A stretch of 64,000 nt of DNA from Podarcis filfolensis (taxonomy: Eukaryota). The translations under genes and the position numbers were made by a program. The stretch lies in the NCBI GenBank assembly GCA_964270895.1, contig OZ185440.1; one strand, written 5' to 3'. Under the pieces are notes generated by a model that was given only the letters and a program-made list of their open reading frames with translations, ran no database searches and was not told the origin of the DNA. Shown here in pieces: positions 1 through 13,748 of the stretch (position 1 is the stretch's first letter; every line of letters starts with the position of its first letter).

Positions 1-3000
1 TCTTAGGAAGTTTTTGCAAGCAGGCACAGCTATGTAGCCATGAGTGATGCTGTTAGGAAGTGTTGGGCAGGATTTGTGGAATGTAGGAGGAAAGATATAT
101 GTCTCCAGAATTCTAGGTCTCCCAAGATGAATGCAGGTACCTGGATCATACAGGTACCAACTGTGCAAAAGCAGGAGGCACTCAGTCATCAAACAAAGCT
201 ATGTGCTGAACCTTACTATTAGGACAAAATGCCCTTGCGCCAAAACACCAAGCAGAAGAAAGCCATCAGCTACATACAGGCTAAGGTTTGTAGCAGCAAG
301 TATATCAGAACATAAGAATCACAATCAATGGTTCAGCCAGGATTTATTATTCAATCAACATACAGAGCAAAAGGCAGGTTAAAGGAAACTATATAATACA
401 CAGAATCAAAAACCATTCTAATTATTAAGTATTAAAAGTCTAGTATTGATAAGAGTAAGGAGTGCTCTGCTGGTTTAGACAAAGGCATCGATTTGTGAAG
501 CATCCTTTACATCAAAAGGGGCCAGCTAAATATCTCCAGGAAATTCACAAGGATAGTGCAAAGGCAACAGCCCTCCATGGTTGTGTAACCACAGCTTCTG
601 GTATTGGGAGATACACTGCCCAGATCATTATTAGAAGTTTATAATGAGCTGGTAAATTGTAGTTCAGATTCTTCCACGACCATGAATGGTTGTTGTTGTT
701 GAATACTTGAAAGCTCATCTCCATATTGTTCACTACATGACCTTAAATAGTTGGGTCTTGCTGCTTGGTAAAAGCCATTGAGTCCCATTCACACTTCAGC
801 AACATGCCAGAATGTTGTCACATGTGTCAAAGTCCTTCTTCCCATTTTCTCTGAAAGGGATGAGTGAGCTAATGACTTTGAGTTGACAGATGCCTGATAG
901 TGAGCCAAAGAAAAGAAACTGTGCTTCTCCTACAGCACTAAGACCTGACCTTTTGGTATAAAACTCTGTGTGTTTTAATTTGTTGGAAGCCACCTGGAGT
1001 AGCTGGGGTAACCCAGCATATAAATAAATCATCATCATCATCATCATCATGGCCACAATCAAAAAGTTCACTCCATTCAGTTATGGCCAAGGTACATGGT
1101 ATTACAAAGAGAGGCCTCCAACAGAACCATCTCTTCCTCCCCAGTCTACTTATTCCAGTTCTTGCCTGGGGCCTGCTCACTGAATAGAAGTTGCTCAGTG
1201 CCGTCTGCCTTAGCCTGGAGTATTAGCATATGCTGATCCTTTTCTCCTGCTGCTAATTGCCTGGCCACACAGACATATTTCAAGAACGTGCAGTTGTGGT
1301 CTGCAGAGAATGAATGCTTTTCCTCATTCCATGCAGACATTCATCACCCCCCTACCCCGTGGCATGACACTATCATGTATGCCAAGCAGCCAGGTTTCCC
1401 CATACTCCCTTCTCTTGACCATTGGAGTCAGCCTGCTGAAGCCTGAGCAAGTTGGGAGAAGGGGTCAGCAGATATCAAAAGGAAATGCCTTTTTAGACAG
1501 CTTTGGGGAAATGACCATTGACTCCCACGCTTCATTTCCCCCATTTGCTCTTGCAATATAGCAGTAGCTGTATTTCAAAAGGTTCTGGGATTCTAAAGTG
1601 AGTCACTCACACTGCCAGGTGATCTATGTCTGCTACCAACAGGATGGTGATAAAGACATTGTAAACGCTGATTTACTCAGCCAGCTGAACACTGATGGGG
1701 AATAGATCCAGGCTGCAGAGGAAGCTTGGAGCACCTTCTGGCCTCCATGAATGATACACTGCTGTGGAAGAAATACCAGGGTGGAAATGACTAACACAAA
1801 ACACTGGAGGAAAGTAGTTCAGAATAGCCACAGAGACAGATGTCATTGGATTTCATCTTCAGAGTTAATTTCTTTGCCCTGTTCAAAAATGAACAGTTTC
1901 CAGAATGCCACAGTGCAGGCAACCATTTACAACAGCACGGCATCCTCAAGAACCACATTGGACGGAATGGCTTTTACGCATAGGGAACATATAATATGAA
2001 TGTACTTTCAACCTGGATGTTTACCACAATCCCCAGCATTACAAGCAAGTTATAACTGAACGAGGGTACCTGCAGTAGAAAGGGATGGTGTATAAATCAG
2101 GATGACTCAGTCTTCTTGATGTCTATGCTGACTCTCCCATACAAGCTAAGCTTCAGGGAACATTGTGGCTTGAAAGGACTTTTGCACAATAGTTGCCAAT
2201 TTTAGTGATTTTTCATCTGAACTTTATGCCATAGGATCTTCTATAGGGGCAGTTAAGCTACAGCATTCATTGATGCTCCCCTGACAGTTACATTCTCATT
2301 AAATGCTTTTGCATTCAGTGATCTCCAACAGTGGGATCCTCCAATGACTTCCGTTCTCAAATCCACACCAAATGTCACATAACACACCCATAAACACATA
2401 CCCCTTTGCTCCCAGCCTTTCCATGTCCATTAAAAACCTGTAATCACAACAGGACATGGAAAATCCTGGGTATCCTGGCACACACTAGCTTGCATTCCAA
2501 GCTTCATTTTTACAGCCACCCGTGTACATTTACTGAGATCAACAAAAATATAGAAAAGCACACAAAAAGATCCCTAACGCAAGGAAAGACATACCCCTCA
2601 TCCTGTGTCTGAACTACATACAGCGTACACATTCATGCCTCTAGGTCAGCATTGAGTATTAGGGCATTCACATTCCTATGTCACCACCCCACCCATGCAA
2701 TAGCAATAGCTGCAGAGCTTACACTCCAAAAAAGTGCTTCACACATGACAGTTTGTTGATCCGTGTTCTCACGGCAAAATCAAAGCACACTTCAGTCATG
2801 ATAGATTTATTCCATCACCACCCACACAGAGAGATGCTCTCTATCTAGGGGGAAATCTCATGTATGATGAAGCAGTCCAGAGGGAGCAATCTACAGAGGC
2901 AATGGATGGATGCAGCAGCTGCACCAAAGCCTTTTGGGTACCTCTCCACAAAGTCTTTTCTTTCCTGCTTTATGTAAAATTGCTGTGGGATTATCTGGTG

Positions 3001-4879
3001 CTAGAAAAACCCGATCATTTTACAAGGAGCCCCCCCTCCTAGCATTATAGCATCCAAAAAGGGCACACAGAACTATTGCCGACCCATTATAGCTAGCAGT
3101 ATGATGTATAGCAGTGGAAGGAGACTCACACTGAACCAATGGCAGCATCAGAAAAGTTAACCCAGGAGCACTGCAAGAATCTAATGCTGCTCAGACCTAC
3201 ACTCATAGGAGTGCAAAGTAGCCTTGACACCCGTATAACGAGGCCATCTAGGTCTGGAGTAAATGACAGGCAACTGGTTCAGGCTGTGCGTGTGTTCCAA
3301 AAGGAGACTGCAGCAAGAAGGGTGAGCAAGGCCTTATCAGGAACAGACGGAGCTAATGACTCAGGAGCTGGAAAATCGTTATCTCCCATCTCATCTTGTA
3401 AGCACTCCAGAGCTATAATAGACTGGGAGCTTGGAAAGTGACTTGCCCTGTGCCAGCCAGCCAAGAATCAGCAGACTCATCCCCAGAGCTCTCATCCTGC
3501 AGTAGCCCTCAGAGAGTCAGCCAACGGTTACATTTCCTTCCCCCCCAACCCCCCCCCAGAAGATATAAACTGTCTGAAATCCCCAAGCTCCCCCTATCCC
3601 TTATTCACAGAGCTCATTGCACTAAAATATAGAGGCAGTTCACACTTACTGAGTTTCTCTGGGCAATCGTATGCACAGGTAAATGGCTGGGTGGAGAAAG
3701 GTTTGTGTGAACTGGGCAGTGCATGCAGTCAGCTGGCAGCTCTCTCCATGATTGCTCATGACCTCTCCTCAGCGATTGCACTCATGGAGTTAGGTGTGGG
3801 CTCACCATAGATACCACCCACTTCATGCTAACCTCTCTGCACATGGCTGTGTACCTGTGCACACAATCACATATTACTAACAGCAAGTTCCACCCATGTA
3901 GAAAGGCTACTTTAATTTGCATGCCCCAGAATGTCACACACAGTGGTTCCTTCTTTTCCTTGCAGGTTCTCTCTTTCCCTCTCAATTCCTCTTTCTCACA
4001 CCTGACCCTATTGGTCAGTGTTTAGACACTGATGCATCTGCCTTTTGGTGCAGTGGATTGTTCTGTTCCCAGTTTGTTTTTCCCTTTTGGGAACCATCTT
4101 ACCCTGCTGAGCAGGAGCAGAGAGAGCTGAGTCAGCACCTCTTCTAAGCAATGTCAGGGAGAGTGATTCCCTGCCTCAACCATTGCGGACAGGCACAGAT
4201 TTGAAATACAAAGGCTCCATATCCCAATAGACTGACTTCTTGCAATGAATCACAATGCAATGAATCTAACCCACTCCAAAGGTGAGTTCTTGTTATGCTT
4301 TAAACCTCGTATTCATTAGATCTGACATCTGGTTTTTGAATTCTGAAACCCTTCCGTTCCTGCATCAGGAAAGTTAGCGATGCACTCTCTCCAGGGAACC
4401 CAGCTCTGTATTCAGCACATTGCACCAGTATCTGAGTGCACTAGTGGGATCTACATATGACGTGCTGCAGATCAGGTGCATATAAACCTATTGTGTACAT
4501 ACCATCCAATCGGCAGCATTTTTTAGATTGCAGCATGTCCTGAAACAGAACGTGTTGTACAGTATATCTGTACATGTGTGTGCATATGCTAATTGCTCCA
4601 CTTTGGTGTCTCTGCTTGCGTGACCCTCTTCCTCTGCATCTGTCTGGACTATAACCTTGAAGGCGAGGTGGGGGCATGAACACCAGGTTATGGTATCTTG
4701 AAACTCTTCCCTGGGATCATTAGGAACAAACACGGATGGGGTCTTTTTTGTTGTTGCTTTTTGCTTAGATGCTTATATTCTAAGGCACAGCCCGCTTTCT
4801 TCCTTCCTTTCTTTTTTGCTCCAATAAGAAGTAAACCACCGGCCACTTTTATCATGGATCTACATAGTACTGTACCCTG

Positions 4880-5760
4880 AAAGGGAAGATGCCTTGCGCC
4901 AAACCGCCGCCAAATCACGGGGAGCTGTCCGTTCAGCACTCCTGGCCAAACAAGATCTGGTTGACCGTCCGGTCAGCACCACGGCCAGCGAATTCTCTGC
5001 CCAACTGCAGAAAGCTGACGAGGAGATCCTCACTAGCTTCTCTAAATAACTCCACTTGCTGCAGTAAACTTAAAAGCGAGGGGAGGCGTTCTGTTGCCTT
5101 AATCTTGTTTCTCTCCCCACCCTTGCGCTCGCCAAACCTTTTTGTCCCAGAGCCCCGCTACTACTTAGGGAACGATCAATCACCAGATGAGGCGGGAGGA
5201 AAGGGGAAGGTCTGGTTTCTGATGCACCCCGAAGTGCATCCTCGGACACAGATGCAAGCAAAGAACAAGAAGGAAAGTGAAACTTACTCGCTCGCCGGTG
5301 CGGAGACACACAGATACACACCAGCGTCCGCACACGCACACACAGAGTCCAAGGCGGGCAGAAGACTTCGAGCCGGCAGGTCAGTCCCTCAAAATGCTGC
5401 AGTTGCTTTTCCCACCCGCCCCTCCAGGGCTCCCGTACGTCGCCGTGTTCTGCGGAGCTCCAACCTCATTGGCGGAGAGGCGGCTCAATAGAATAAAGAT
5501 CCTGCATTAATTGAGAAGGGGCTCTCTCTCTCCTCCGCCTCCGCCTCTGTGGTGCAGTTCATTATCCAACCCCGGAGGGTGGTTTTAGCCCCTCCCCTCT
5601 ATCCCAACTCCTTTCCAAGCGCCCGCAGTGAGACTTGCTGAGCTTTGCAGTCTGAAGCAGGCGAGGAGGAGACCGGTACGCCTGCTTGATCAATGGGGGC
5701 GGCGCGGGGGGAGCCTGCTAAGTCAGCTGCGGTGGCAGCGAGTTGGGGGGCATGGGTGGA
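4880..5760. promoter_or_regulatory. CpG-rich island/promoter of an unidentified gene
   Basis: Marked local rise in CpG and GC compared with the CpG-poor flanks; GC boxes at 5415-5422 and ~5694-5703. Confidence 0.8.
5288..5472 (-). promoter_or_regulatory. CCAAT box + GC box + probable non-coding first exon ending at a consensus donor
   Basis: In minus-strand order: CCAAT (5472-5468), GGGGCGGG (5422-5415), then GA|GTAAGT donor at 5287. No downstream coding exon recognised in 1-5287. Confidence 0.6.
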
Positions 5761-5765
5761 GAGGA

Positions 5766-5767
<2 letters not shown>

Positions 5768-5844
<77 letters not shown>
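5768..5844. repeat. (GT)n(GA)n compound microsatellite next to the CpG promoter
   Basis: Direct read. Confidence 0.98.
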
Positions 5845-5846
<2 letters not shown>

Positions 5847-8371
5847 GCTTCCTAGCAGGAAGCCGTTACATCAATACCCCAAAGAGGGCAAATAGGATTT
5901 CAGTGATCATGCATTGATATGCTACGGGTCTTCATACTACACAGGCAGCAGCAGGAAACGTTCTGTGCACTCCCAGCTGTAAATAAAGGGGAAGGAAACT
6001 TAACAAGGATTTCACCGGAGCTCCATTCAAGGTCAGACTAGGAGACAGCAATTATTAATAGGCCCATCATATTTCACTGTGAAATAGTCCATCATATTGC
6101 ACCTAGGCAGAACACGCAGCACTTCTTTCGGCACAAGCGCCCAGAGTACAACCGTCGGTAAATCTTCAGCTGAGAGCAGACCGTGAGAATCCGTAGCTTT
6201 CCTCTTCCCCGGCATCTGTAGATGCCTCACTGCATTGTGCGGAGAAAGAGGAGGCACAACGGTTCCAAACTTTTTTCCTTCCAAAGATTAGACATCCACA
6301 TAGGTCGATGCAAGGGACTGGGGGGAAAGAGAGAGAATGTGCCATCCTACTGGCAGCCAGGAATCAACGCTGCCCACCCTTATACCATAACAGCCATGAA
6401 CCAACTCTTTCCCCACTTACCTAAGTGCAGTGACTGAAACCTCAGCCACTTTGTACAAGACACTTGTTCCTTTGAGCTACTACTCGCTGCTAGGGATGGA
6501 AACTTCAGTTTCTCATTTTGCTGTGTTTCAATGAAGCTCTCCCATTCCATCCCTCATACTGACATGCCAAAACAAGGGGATCAAGGAACGCAAAGGAAAA
6601 GAAGGGCAGTCTACCCTACGTCTGCCATGAGAAACCACCAGAGGAATTTACCTGAACACATTTCTCTTGTTTCACATTACCGTTCTCAGTAATATGGACC
6701 TGTTCAACGACCTGATCTGCTCAGCCTGAAAAGCACTCCTCCTAAAGGGAAACCACACAGATCGAGATTCCAGCTTGCTGGGTTAGGGCCTAACCCAACA
6801 ACCTTGATTCATAGTTGTTGTTTTCTGCAGTGACACATTTACTACGTGGTCTGCTGCTGTTCTGGTTTCCATCACTCTCTATTTAATTGTCCTTGATTAC
6901 CTGGAACTGCAGCCTCTAGCCTTTCCCTTGTTCTTCAGCATTTGGCTGAATTGTCTCATCAGAAGCCACCTATTCCTCCTCTGCATCTCACTGGAATGTC
7001 CTTCATGCTTTTATTTTTAACAGCCAGGATCTTCAAACAAAGCACCAGACACCAGAATGGATGGAACGGGGGCAGCAAAAGCCCTAGTGGGTTTTGAGGA
7101 GATGGATTTCTGGTTTCTAAGTGTTCAAAAACTGGCCTTTGTTTCCTGGGAATTTTCTGCCTTCTGGGAATTATCTTATCTTCTGTAAAATTCTAATAGT
7201 TAAACAGTGGCAGAGCTATGGTACTAGAGCAAATAGTTTTCTAAACAACAGGAGTAGGACATGAGTATGTCACCTGTTGTTTTTTCTCCCCCTTCCACAC
7301 CCCCTGCCCCCTTTCTCTCTTCATCTTTCCTCTTTTCTTCCTTTTTCTCTTTTTAAAAAATATTTTCCTTAGACTTTTCATAATATGTTACAATAAAAGA
7401 ACGAACTAATCTAAGAACAAAGAGCCAAGAGAGAAAGAGAAGGGGGGAGAATATAAATCCTCCTTCACAGGTAAACTTTAGCTTGGCCCACACAGAGAAA
7501 GGTAAGCCCTCCCAGCTCTCATCTAGGAGCTTTCCTTTCTTCTCCCAGCCTCCCATCCTGGGAGATCTTCACTTCACTTCCTTTCACACAGAGCCTTCAT
7601 CAACTAACCATCACCTTCGTATGCATGTCAACTACTCCTTAACCCTGAGTCGGGGACCACACACAGAATACAAAGAATTGAGAAAATGAAGCAAAAGACA
7701 AATTGCCTTGATAAAAGTTTGCTTCCAGTTTGGGGACACATTCTAGGGAATAGAACGGGGACACTCAAGTTTTGAATAGGTGTGAAGTTGGGGGGTATAA
7801 ATTCATCTCAGGCGGCTTGCCAAACACTTAAATAGATCTCATGGGGACTAACAATAATAGGAAGAGAAAATACAGCTGAAGTTTGAAATTCTAATTAATA
7901 TCCCTTAATAACGCACATAGATCTTTTTAATAATTCCCCAAAAAATCCATTCCACAAAGATAGGTTTCTCATTTCTACATTTCCAAGGGCTTATTAGAAA
8001 TAAGAATAAGGGAAAAAATGCCTTCATGTATGCTACTGTGAAAATCTGTACAGCAATTTGTGTTGAATATCAGATGTGAGACCTCACTGATATTACATTT
8101 TCCAGCAAGTATATGCAGTGCAATTGACTGTCAGAATGGGTGTAACAGTGCTTGTCACTGATTAGCTGAGTAAGAATAATGATCTGTTAGTATTCCCAAT
8201 ACAGAAACTGCACTTTTGGCTTAAGTCACTGGAACCTTTGCCAAGATAACAAAGAGTGCACTTCAGATCTTGTTGTTAACTCACCACTATGAAAACAAAA
8301 ACTCAGTCATCAAAGTTTGAAGGATTCCACCAAATATTGCCTGTTTGTATTTAGTGGATAACAACATAGGA

Positions 8372-8557
8372 AGAGCCAACTGGATCAGGCCAATGGCCCA
8401 TCTAGCATCCTGTTCTCACAGTGCTACCCAGATGCCTGTGGGAAACCTGCAAGCAGGATGCATCCACAAGAGCATTCTTCCCTCCTGTGGCTTCCAGAAG
8501 CATACTGCTTCTGATGATGGAGGAAGACCATAGCCACCAGGGCTAGCATCCACTGAT
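8372..8557 (-). mobile_element. CR1-family 3' end
   Basis: ACATAGGAAGAGCC..CTGGATCAGGCCAATGGCCCATCTAG pattern typical of squamate CR1 3' ends; approximate. Confidence 0.6.
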
Positions 8558-9249
8558 GTAGCTAGGATAATCCTATCTGATAAAGCAGCAAAGTATCACT
8601 CCCCACAAATGCTGGCCTTCAAAAAGCAGGAGGTGGAACAGTTGTGGGAAAAACATGTGGCTCTCCAGATGTGGCTGGGTTCCAACTCCAATGAGCTCAA
8701 GTCAACATGGTGAGTAGTCAAGAATGATGGCAACTGTAGTCCCGAAACATTTGGAAAGACACTCATTCTCCATCCCTTTGTTGGACAAATGTCTGCCTTG
8801 GCTGGCTTTTCCCTGTTATCACCACCATGCCTTTCTGCTAGGATGCTTCCAATGTTTCCTCAATCTTCACCCTCCTCCACCAACCCAACTTCCAGCTCCG
8901 ACAGTGTTGCACTGGAAAGAAGATTCCACAGCAGCCTTTTGGTGGCAAGAGAGAAAATCTACAATTGAAGACGGACTCTTTCCTCCCATGATGATGAATT
9001 CAAGGCAATATACAGAGTAGCATCTACTCAAGGAGGCTTGCAGAGCAATCCTATTCAGAGTCAGAGGCAATAAGCCATACTGAATTCAAACAGGATTATT
9101 CTCAGCTAAATGGTTATAGGACTGGAGCCTCGAATTTTAATTGCGATGACAAGAGAGGTGAAGAATGGGACAAGCAAGGCTAACAAGGGCAAAATGTGAG
9201 CCAAGGAAGTAAAACAAACAATAATTACCCTTTGGTTTGAAATTAGGGC

Positions 9250-9324
9250 CATAGCTGTCAACTTTTCCCTTTTCTTGCGAGGAAGCCTATTCGGAATAAG
9301 GGAATTTCCAAGTTGACAGCTATG
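9250..9324. mobile_element. 75-bp hAT-type MITE
   Basis: 13-bp perfect TIR CATAGCTGTCAAC; perfect 8-bp TSD ATTAGGGC (9242-9249 and 9325-9332). Confidence 0.9.
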
Positions 9325-11715
9325 ATTAGGGCTAAGGGCTTAGGGCAAGAGCATCATGGTAAGAACAGGTTCTGCAGAATCTGCTGAGGCTAAAAGCAAA
9401 ACCCCTCATCCTCTCTGCTGCTGCCCCGATGTGGGGTGGGGGGGTGGGGGGGTAATGAAGCTGTAGGATAGAGTAGGCAGCATAAGGTCCTTGACTCCAT
9501 AATACATACATACACCCCTTTTGGATCTGCCTGGCCTGGAAAGACTATAATCACCTCTGAGTCAGGTTGGAACTTTTGCCTGGATTAACAGCAGTATTCC
9601 CTGCATCTAAGGCCCTGGAGCCAAACAAGATGTGCACTTAAAAACATAGCAAGCAGCTACATATCTTGCTTTTCCTTGGTGAATTAAAGGGATGGGCAGG
9701 GGGGCTGATTCACACTCCAAAGGCAGAAGCAGGGAAAAGGAAGGCTTCTCTCTTCACTCCTCCACTGAGATGAGAGCCAGGAGCCTTAAAGGAAGGTCCT
9801 CACTGGTAATAGTGCCAGCCTTATGAAGGGGACTTTTGGTACTTGAAAGTGGTATAGTGAAAAAGGAAATAATTTAGGCTAGCATTTCCCGTGTATTTCA
9901 TCAAGGAGAGAGAGCCACAAATGATTTTTTGTCCTAGTTTGGGACCCACCAATCAGCTCTCAGAACGGGAGTTGCTGTCATCAATCACTTGTGCCAGACT
10001 GCCAGAACAGCCGCTGCCAATCACATGGCAACAAAAGACTCTCATCACTTATGAGCATACCTTAATCTAGCACATGGGAATTGCTTGACTTAGGTGACCA
10101 CAGGCAATTCACAAAACACAAAGCGAACCCACTCTGCAGACTTCTTATAGCTCCTTCCCAGTCAGTTGCTAAAAACGATTGAGCCAAATTATAATGGAGT
10201 AGATTCATATAAATAATGGTTTCATTTGCAGGAATTGAAATTTTATAGCTGGCAGTTCTCAGAGAGGTGAGGGGGCCAAGTGGTCAGTCATGGTTGGTAT
10301 TGAGCCATTTTAGCAATGTTGGCATAATACTTAATAAAAATGAACCCCCTAAGAACTGGGAAGCTTCTCCTTTAAGCCTTCTAGATAAAACTGCTTTCAC
10401 CTACCCTGAGGCCTTGGTGCAAGTTGAGTTATAAAGCAAAAGGTATATTGTTTCCTGGGGTGAACCTCCTTCAGGAAAAAGAAGCTGGAGTTGTGCTGCT
10501 TGGGAACAGCTAAAAAATATTTTAAACTCACTTGTCTGTAAATAATTGCACCAGTCAGTTACAGTCACAGAAGCTCAAGCTCAAGTTTAGGTTTTTAGTG
10601 GATCAGGGCCTTACTGATTTCAGACAGTGGGTCATTTCCTCTGCAGAGACTCTTGATTGATTGATTGATTGAAAATCCTTGTGCTGTGCATAATTAATTC
10701 CAGTTGAAGAGGACAGTGACCAAAACTGAAAATACAATTTTAAAAACATTTCTAGGCCACCTTTCCAAGCAAAGCTCCCTCAAGGCAGTTTACATGATAA
10801 AAATGTCCAAAACACAACTGAAATAGAAAATATAAATACAAGAGACAAGGTTACTTCTAGCAGCACTGCAAGCTAAATGAGCCTGCCGTAATGATACACC
10901 TACCCACCCCAGAATATAAAATCTCCAGTTCATCCATTTCTGAGAGCAATAAAGCTATGCACACATACACACCATGCATAGCTCTGCCTGAAACAAACAA
11001 GTCTTCAGAGCCTTTCTAAAGTGTGGTGGTCTTCTAGAGGTTGACAGGCAACAAATTACGGAGCTGATTACCATTCTGCCTGACCGTTGTCCAGACTGGG
11101 AAGAAGTAAACCTTTCCAGAGGCCCAAATAGATTCTACAATATATAACTTCATTGATTTTTCACTGGAGAGCTATCCCAAGTCTCGAGACTTATGTAAGG
11201 CTGTGCACCATTCACACAAAGACTTCCCTGCTTGCCTTGATGTGCGTTGCTGCAGGCATCAAGCAGAATCTGTGCCTGCAAAGTATTCCACTTCAGAGGA
11301 GAGGACAGAAAGCCTTGCCATGCACAGAGGGGGCTCTGAATCACCTGGCATTGTACTAGGGCTGCAACCCCAATAAAGATGTTTGTATCCATTAATCATA
11401 TATAAGTTTCAGTAAACATATGTTTTGTAAAACAGTCTTTCTGGAGTATGAAGCATACTTCCTTTGGTTTTAAGTGACACACACAGGATCTTAGATAAGA
11501 AAACCTTATCTAAGAGTGAGAGTGAGAGAAGGGAGATGGCTTCTCTTAAATTGTGCTTGCCATCTATGGCTCATATCTGTCTCTCAGCAAACACACACAC
11601 ACACACCTGTACATGCACTGCCTGATGAACTGGGAGTACTATTTTACAGTACAATACATGTGTACTCTGAGGTCAATTGGACTTACTCCCTGGAAAGTGT
11701 ATATAAGAATGTCCT

Positions 11716-11964
11716 GCCAGTGTGGTGTAGTGGTTAAGAGCGGTAGTCTCGTAATCTGGGGAACCGGGTTCGCGTCTCCGCTCCTCCACATGCAGCTGCT
11801 GGGTGACCTTGGGCTAGTCACACTTCTTTGAAGTCTCTCAGCCCCACTCACCTCACAGAGTGTTTGTTATGGGGGAGGAAGGGAAAGGAGAATGTTAGCC
11901 GCTTTGAGACTCCTTAAAGGGAGTGAAAGGCAGGATATCAAATCCAAACTCTTCTTCTTCTTCT
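11716..11964 (+). mobile_element. tRNA-derived CORE SINE (Squam3-like), near full length
   Basis: A box TGGTGTAGTGG (11723-11733), B-box-like GGTTCGCGTCTCC (11767-11779), GGGTGACCTTGGGCTAGTCAC core and (CTT)n tail. Family name is from recall. Confidence 0.85.
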
Positions 11965-12522
11965 GCTAGTAATTTTTTAAACTGATCAGCTAACCAACTT
12001 ACTGATTAAACATTGAACTCCTAATTTGCTTCCATCTCTCACACTGTATTAGTGAAGGAGTTGCTGCCATACTCGGAGCTGTGTGATGTGTTTTATAAAA
12101 ATCATTTTGCACCAGCCACCACAAAGTCAATACCAAGTTTTGTAATCTGTATAAATTATGCACATTAAACACAATTTTCTCAACTCCTGTTATTTATGTG
12201 GTGGGGCAAAGGCCTTTGCAGGGCACCTCCTAGCCATGGAAAATTTTGCTTATCCTCCCACCAGTTTCTTAACATCTGCTCAAAATTGAGAGATATACAC
12301 GACACCACTTAAATGAAACCAAATCAATGGTCTATCTAGGCTAGGGGCTTGCAGCAGTTTTCCAATGTCACATGCAAACAACTTTCCCAGCTCTGTTGCC
12401 AAAGACGTTTCAACTGGAGACAGGAGGCATTGAATCTGGGACCCTGTGCACATGCCCAACATGTGCTTCACTCTGAGCTAGAGCCTCTGCCTCCCAATAG
12501 ATATGCAAAGAGTAGTTTTTAA

Positions 12523-12612
12523 CATAGCTGTCAACTTTTCCCTTTTCTTGCGAGGAATCCTATTCGGAATAAGGGAATTTCCCTTTAAAAAAGGGAAACG
12601 TTGACAGCTATG
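12523..12612. mobile_element. 90-bp hAT-type MITE, same family as 9250
   Basis: Same 13-bp TIR; perfect 8-bp TSD GTTTTTAA (12515-12522 and 12613-12620); near-identical interior. Confidence 0.9.
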
Positions 12613-13629
12613 GTTTTTAACCCCTATGTTATTCCTGTAGGTAAGACAGTTAACTATATGGGTGGGAAGACTGGTTATAGCAAGTAATGCTACCTACATC
12701 ATTAAATTGTATTATCCATTAGAATTTGATAGAATATTTATAGGTCTTTTAAAAAATGGCCTAGTGAGTTGAATGCAATTTACTTTGTTAGATTTCTATA
12801 GTGGACTGCTGCAAGCTTCTTAGCTTTCCTCCAAACCCCACCCAGACAGTGAAACGAGCAGCCAACCCAAGATTTGCAATAACCTATTTCTTATTTTTAT
12901 AAGCTAATGGGAAAGATCAGTCCAACAGGGTTTAACAAACAGAGTCAGCACTGCTAATATTAATGAGTCTGGGACTTCACTGTTGATTTCAATTAACTCA
13001 AGCGCACAGCCACCCTCCCTGAAGCCCTTTGTAACCCTGTTCCCTCTAGTGGATACAAGGGAGCCGGGTCAACTGAAACTGTCATAATTCATAAGATGAA
13101 CTCAGACAAAAGTTAATCCATTGTAAGATTTTGAAGCGCCTTTCAATTTCTGTGCAAACGCATTATCTGCCTCCCTCTCAAGAATGTGGTCCGCATGACA
13201 TCATGTGGGTTTTGCACCCCATGCATCACAAAGTCATGCATCAGAACTGGACTACCTTTTCTGGCTGACTGTTATCACATGTGCTTTGTTTCCAGCAGAA
13301 GACCAACAGGAAACAGAAGCCAAGGCTGGAGGCAATAGCTGAGGAAGCAACAACAAAAATGCCTATGATTAAAAAGCTAAAGTTTTCCAAAACAAAAACA
13401 CCTACCTTAAGCTGCCTCTGTGTGGTGCCTGGAATTGGGAGCAACTTCTGCTAAATGGGTATCTCACCTCAGATACCCAGCAGGGAGCAGTGGGAGCATT
13501 TATTTATTCTGGATCTGGTAAACTACTTGGTCTCAGCTGCCATATAAGAGATCTATCCCATAAGCCTATCTGGTGGAGGAGGGTGGTAGGAGGACTGATT
13601 CTGAGACAGAATCAGTCTGTATTGGATCA

Positions 13630-13748
13630 GATTGTTATTATTAATGTTTGACATTTTATTATGTTTTTATGTGTGTTGGAAGCTGCCCAGAATGGCTGGG
13701 GCAACCCAGCCATATGGGTGGGGAATTATTATTAATAATAATAATAAT
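13630..13748 (+). mobile_element. L2-type 3' tail (similar tails ~962-1050, 30790-30915, 33300-33445, 39410-39550 on plus; ~10735-11095, 34385-34650 on minus)
   Basis: GGAAGC..CCCAG..TGGCTGGGGCAACCCAG followed by an AAT/CAT microsatellite tail; approximate. Confidence 0.55.

Noticed and set aside
3945-3966. Strong plus-strand acceptor-like tract (ttccttcttttccttgcag)
   Set aside because: Followed by more pyrimidine-rich sequence with no coding signal or clear donor.
4889-5491. 200-aa plus-strand ORF
   Set aside because: Lies in a GC-rich CpG island where stops are rare; no recognisable domain; splice and promoter signals point to the minus strand.
9433-9452. G-quadruplex-capable G-run
   Set aside because: Isolated simple repeat in TE-rich intergenic DNA; no functional context.
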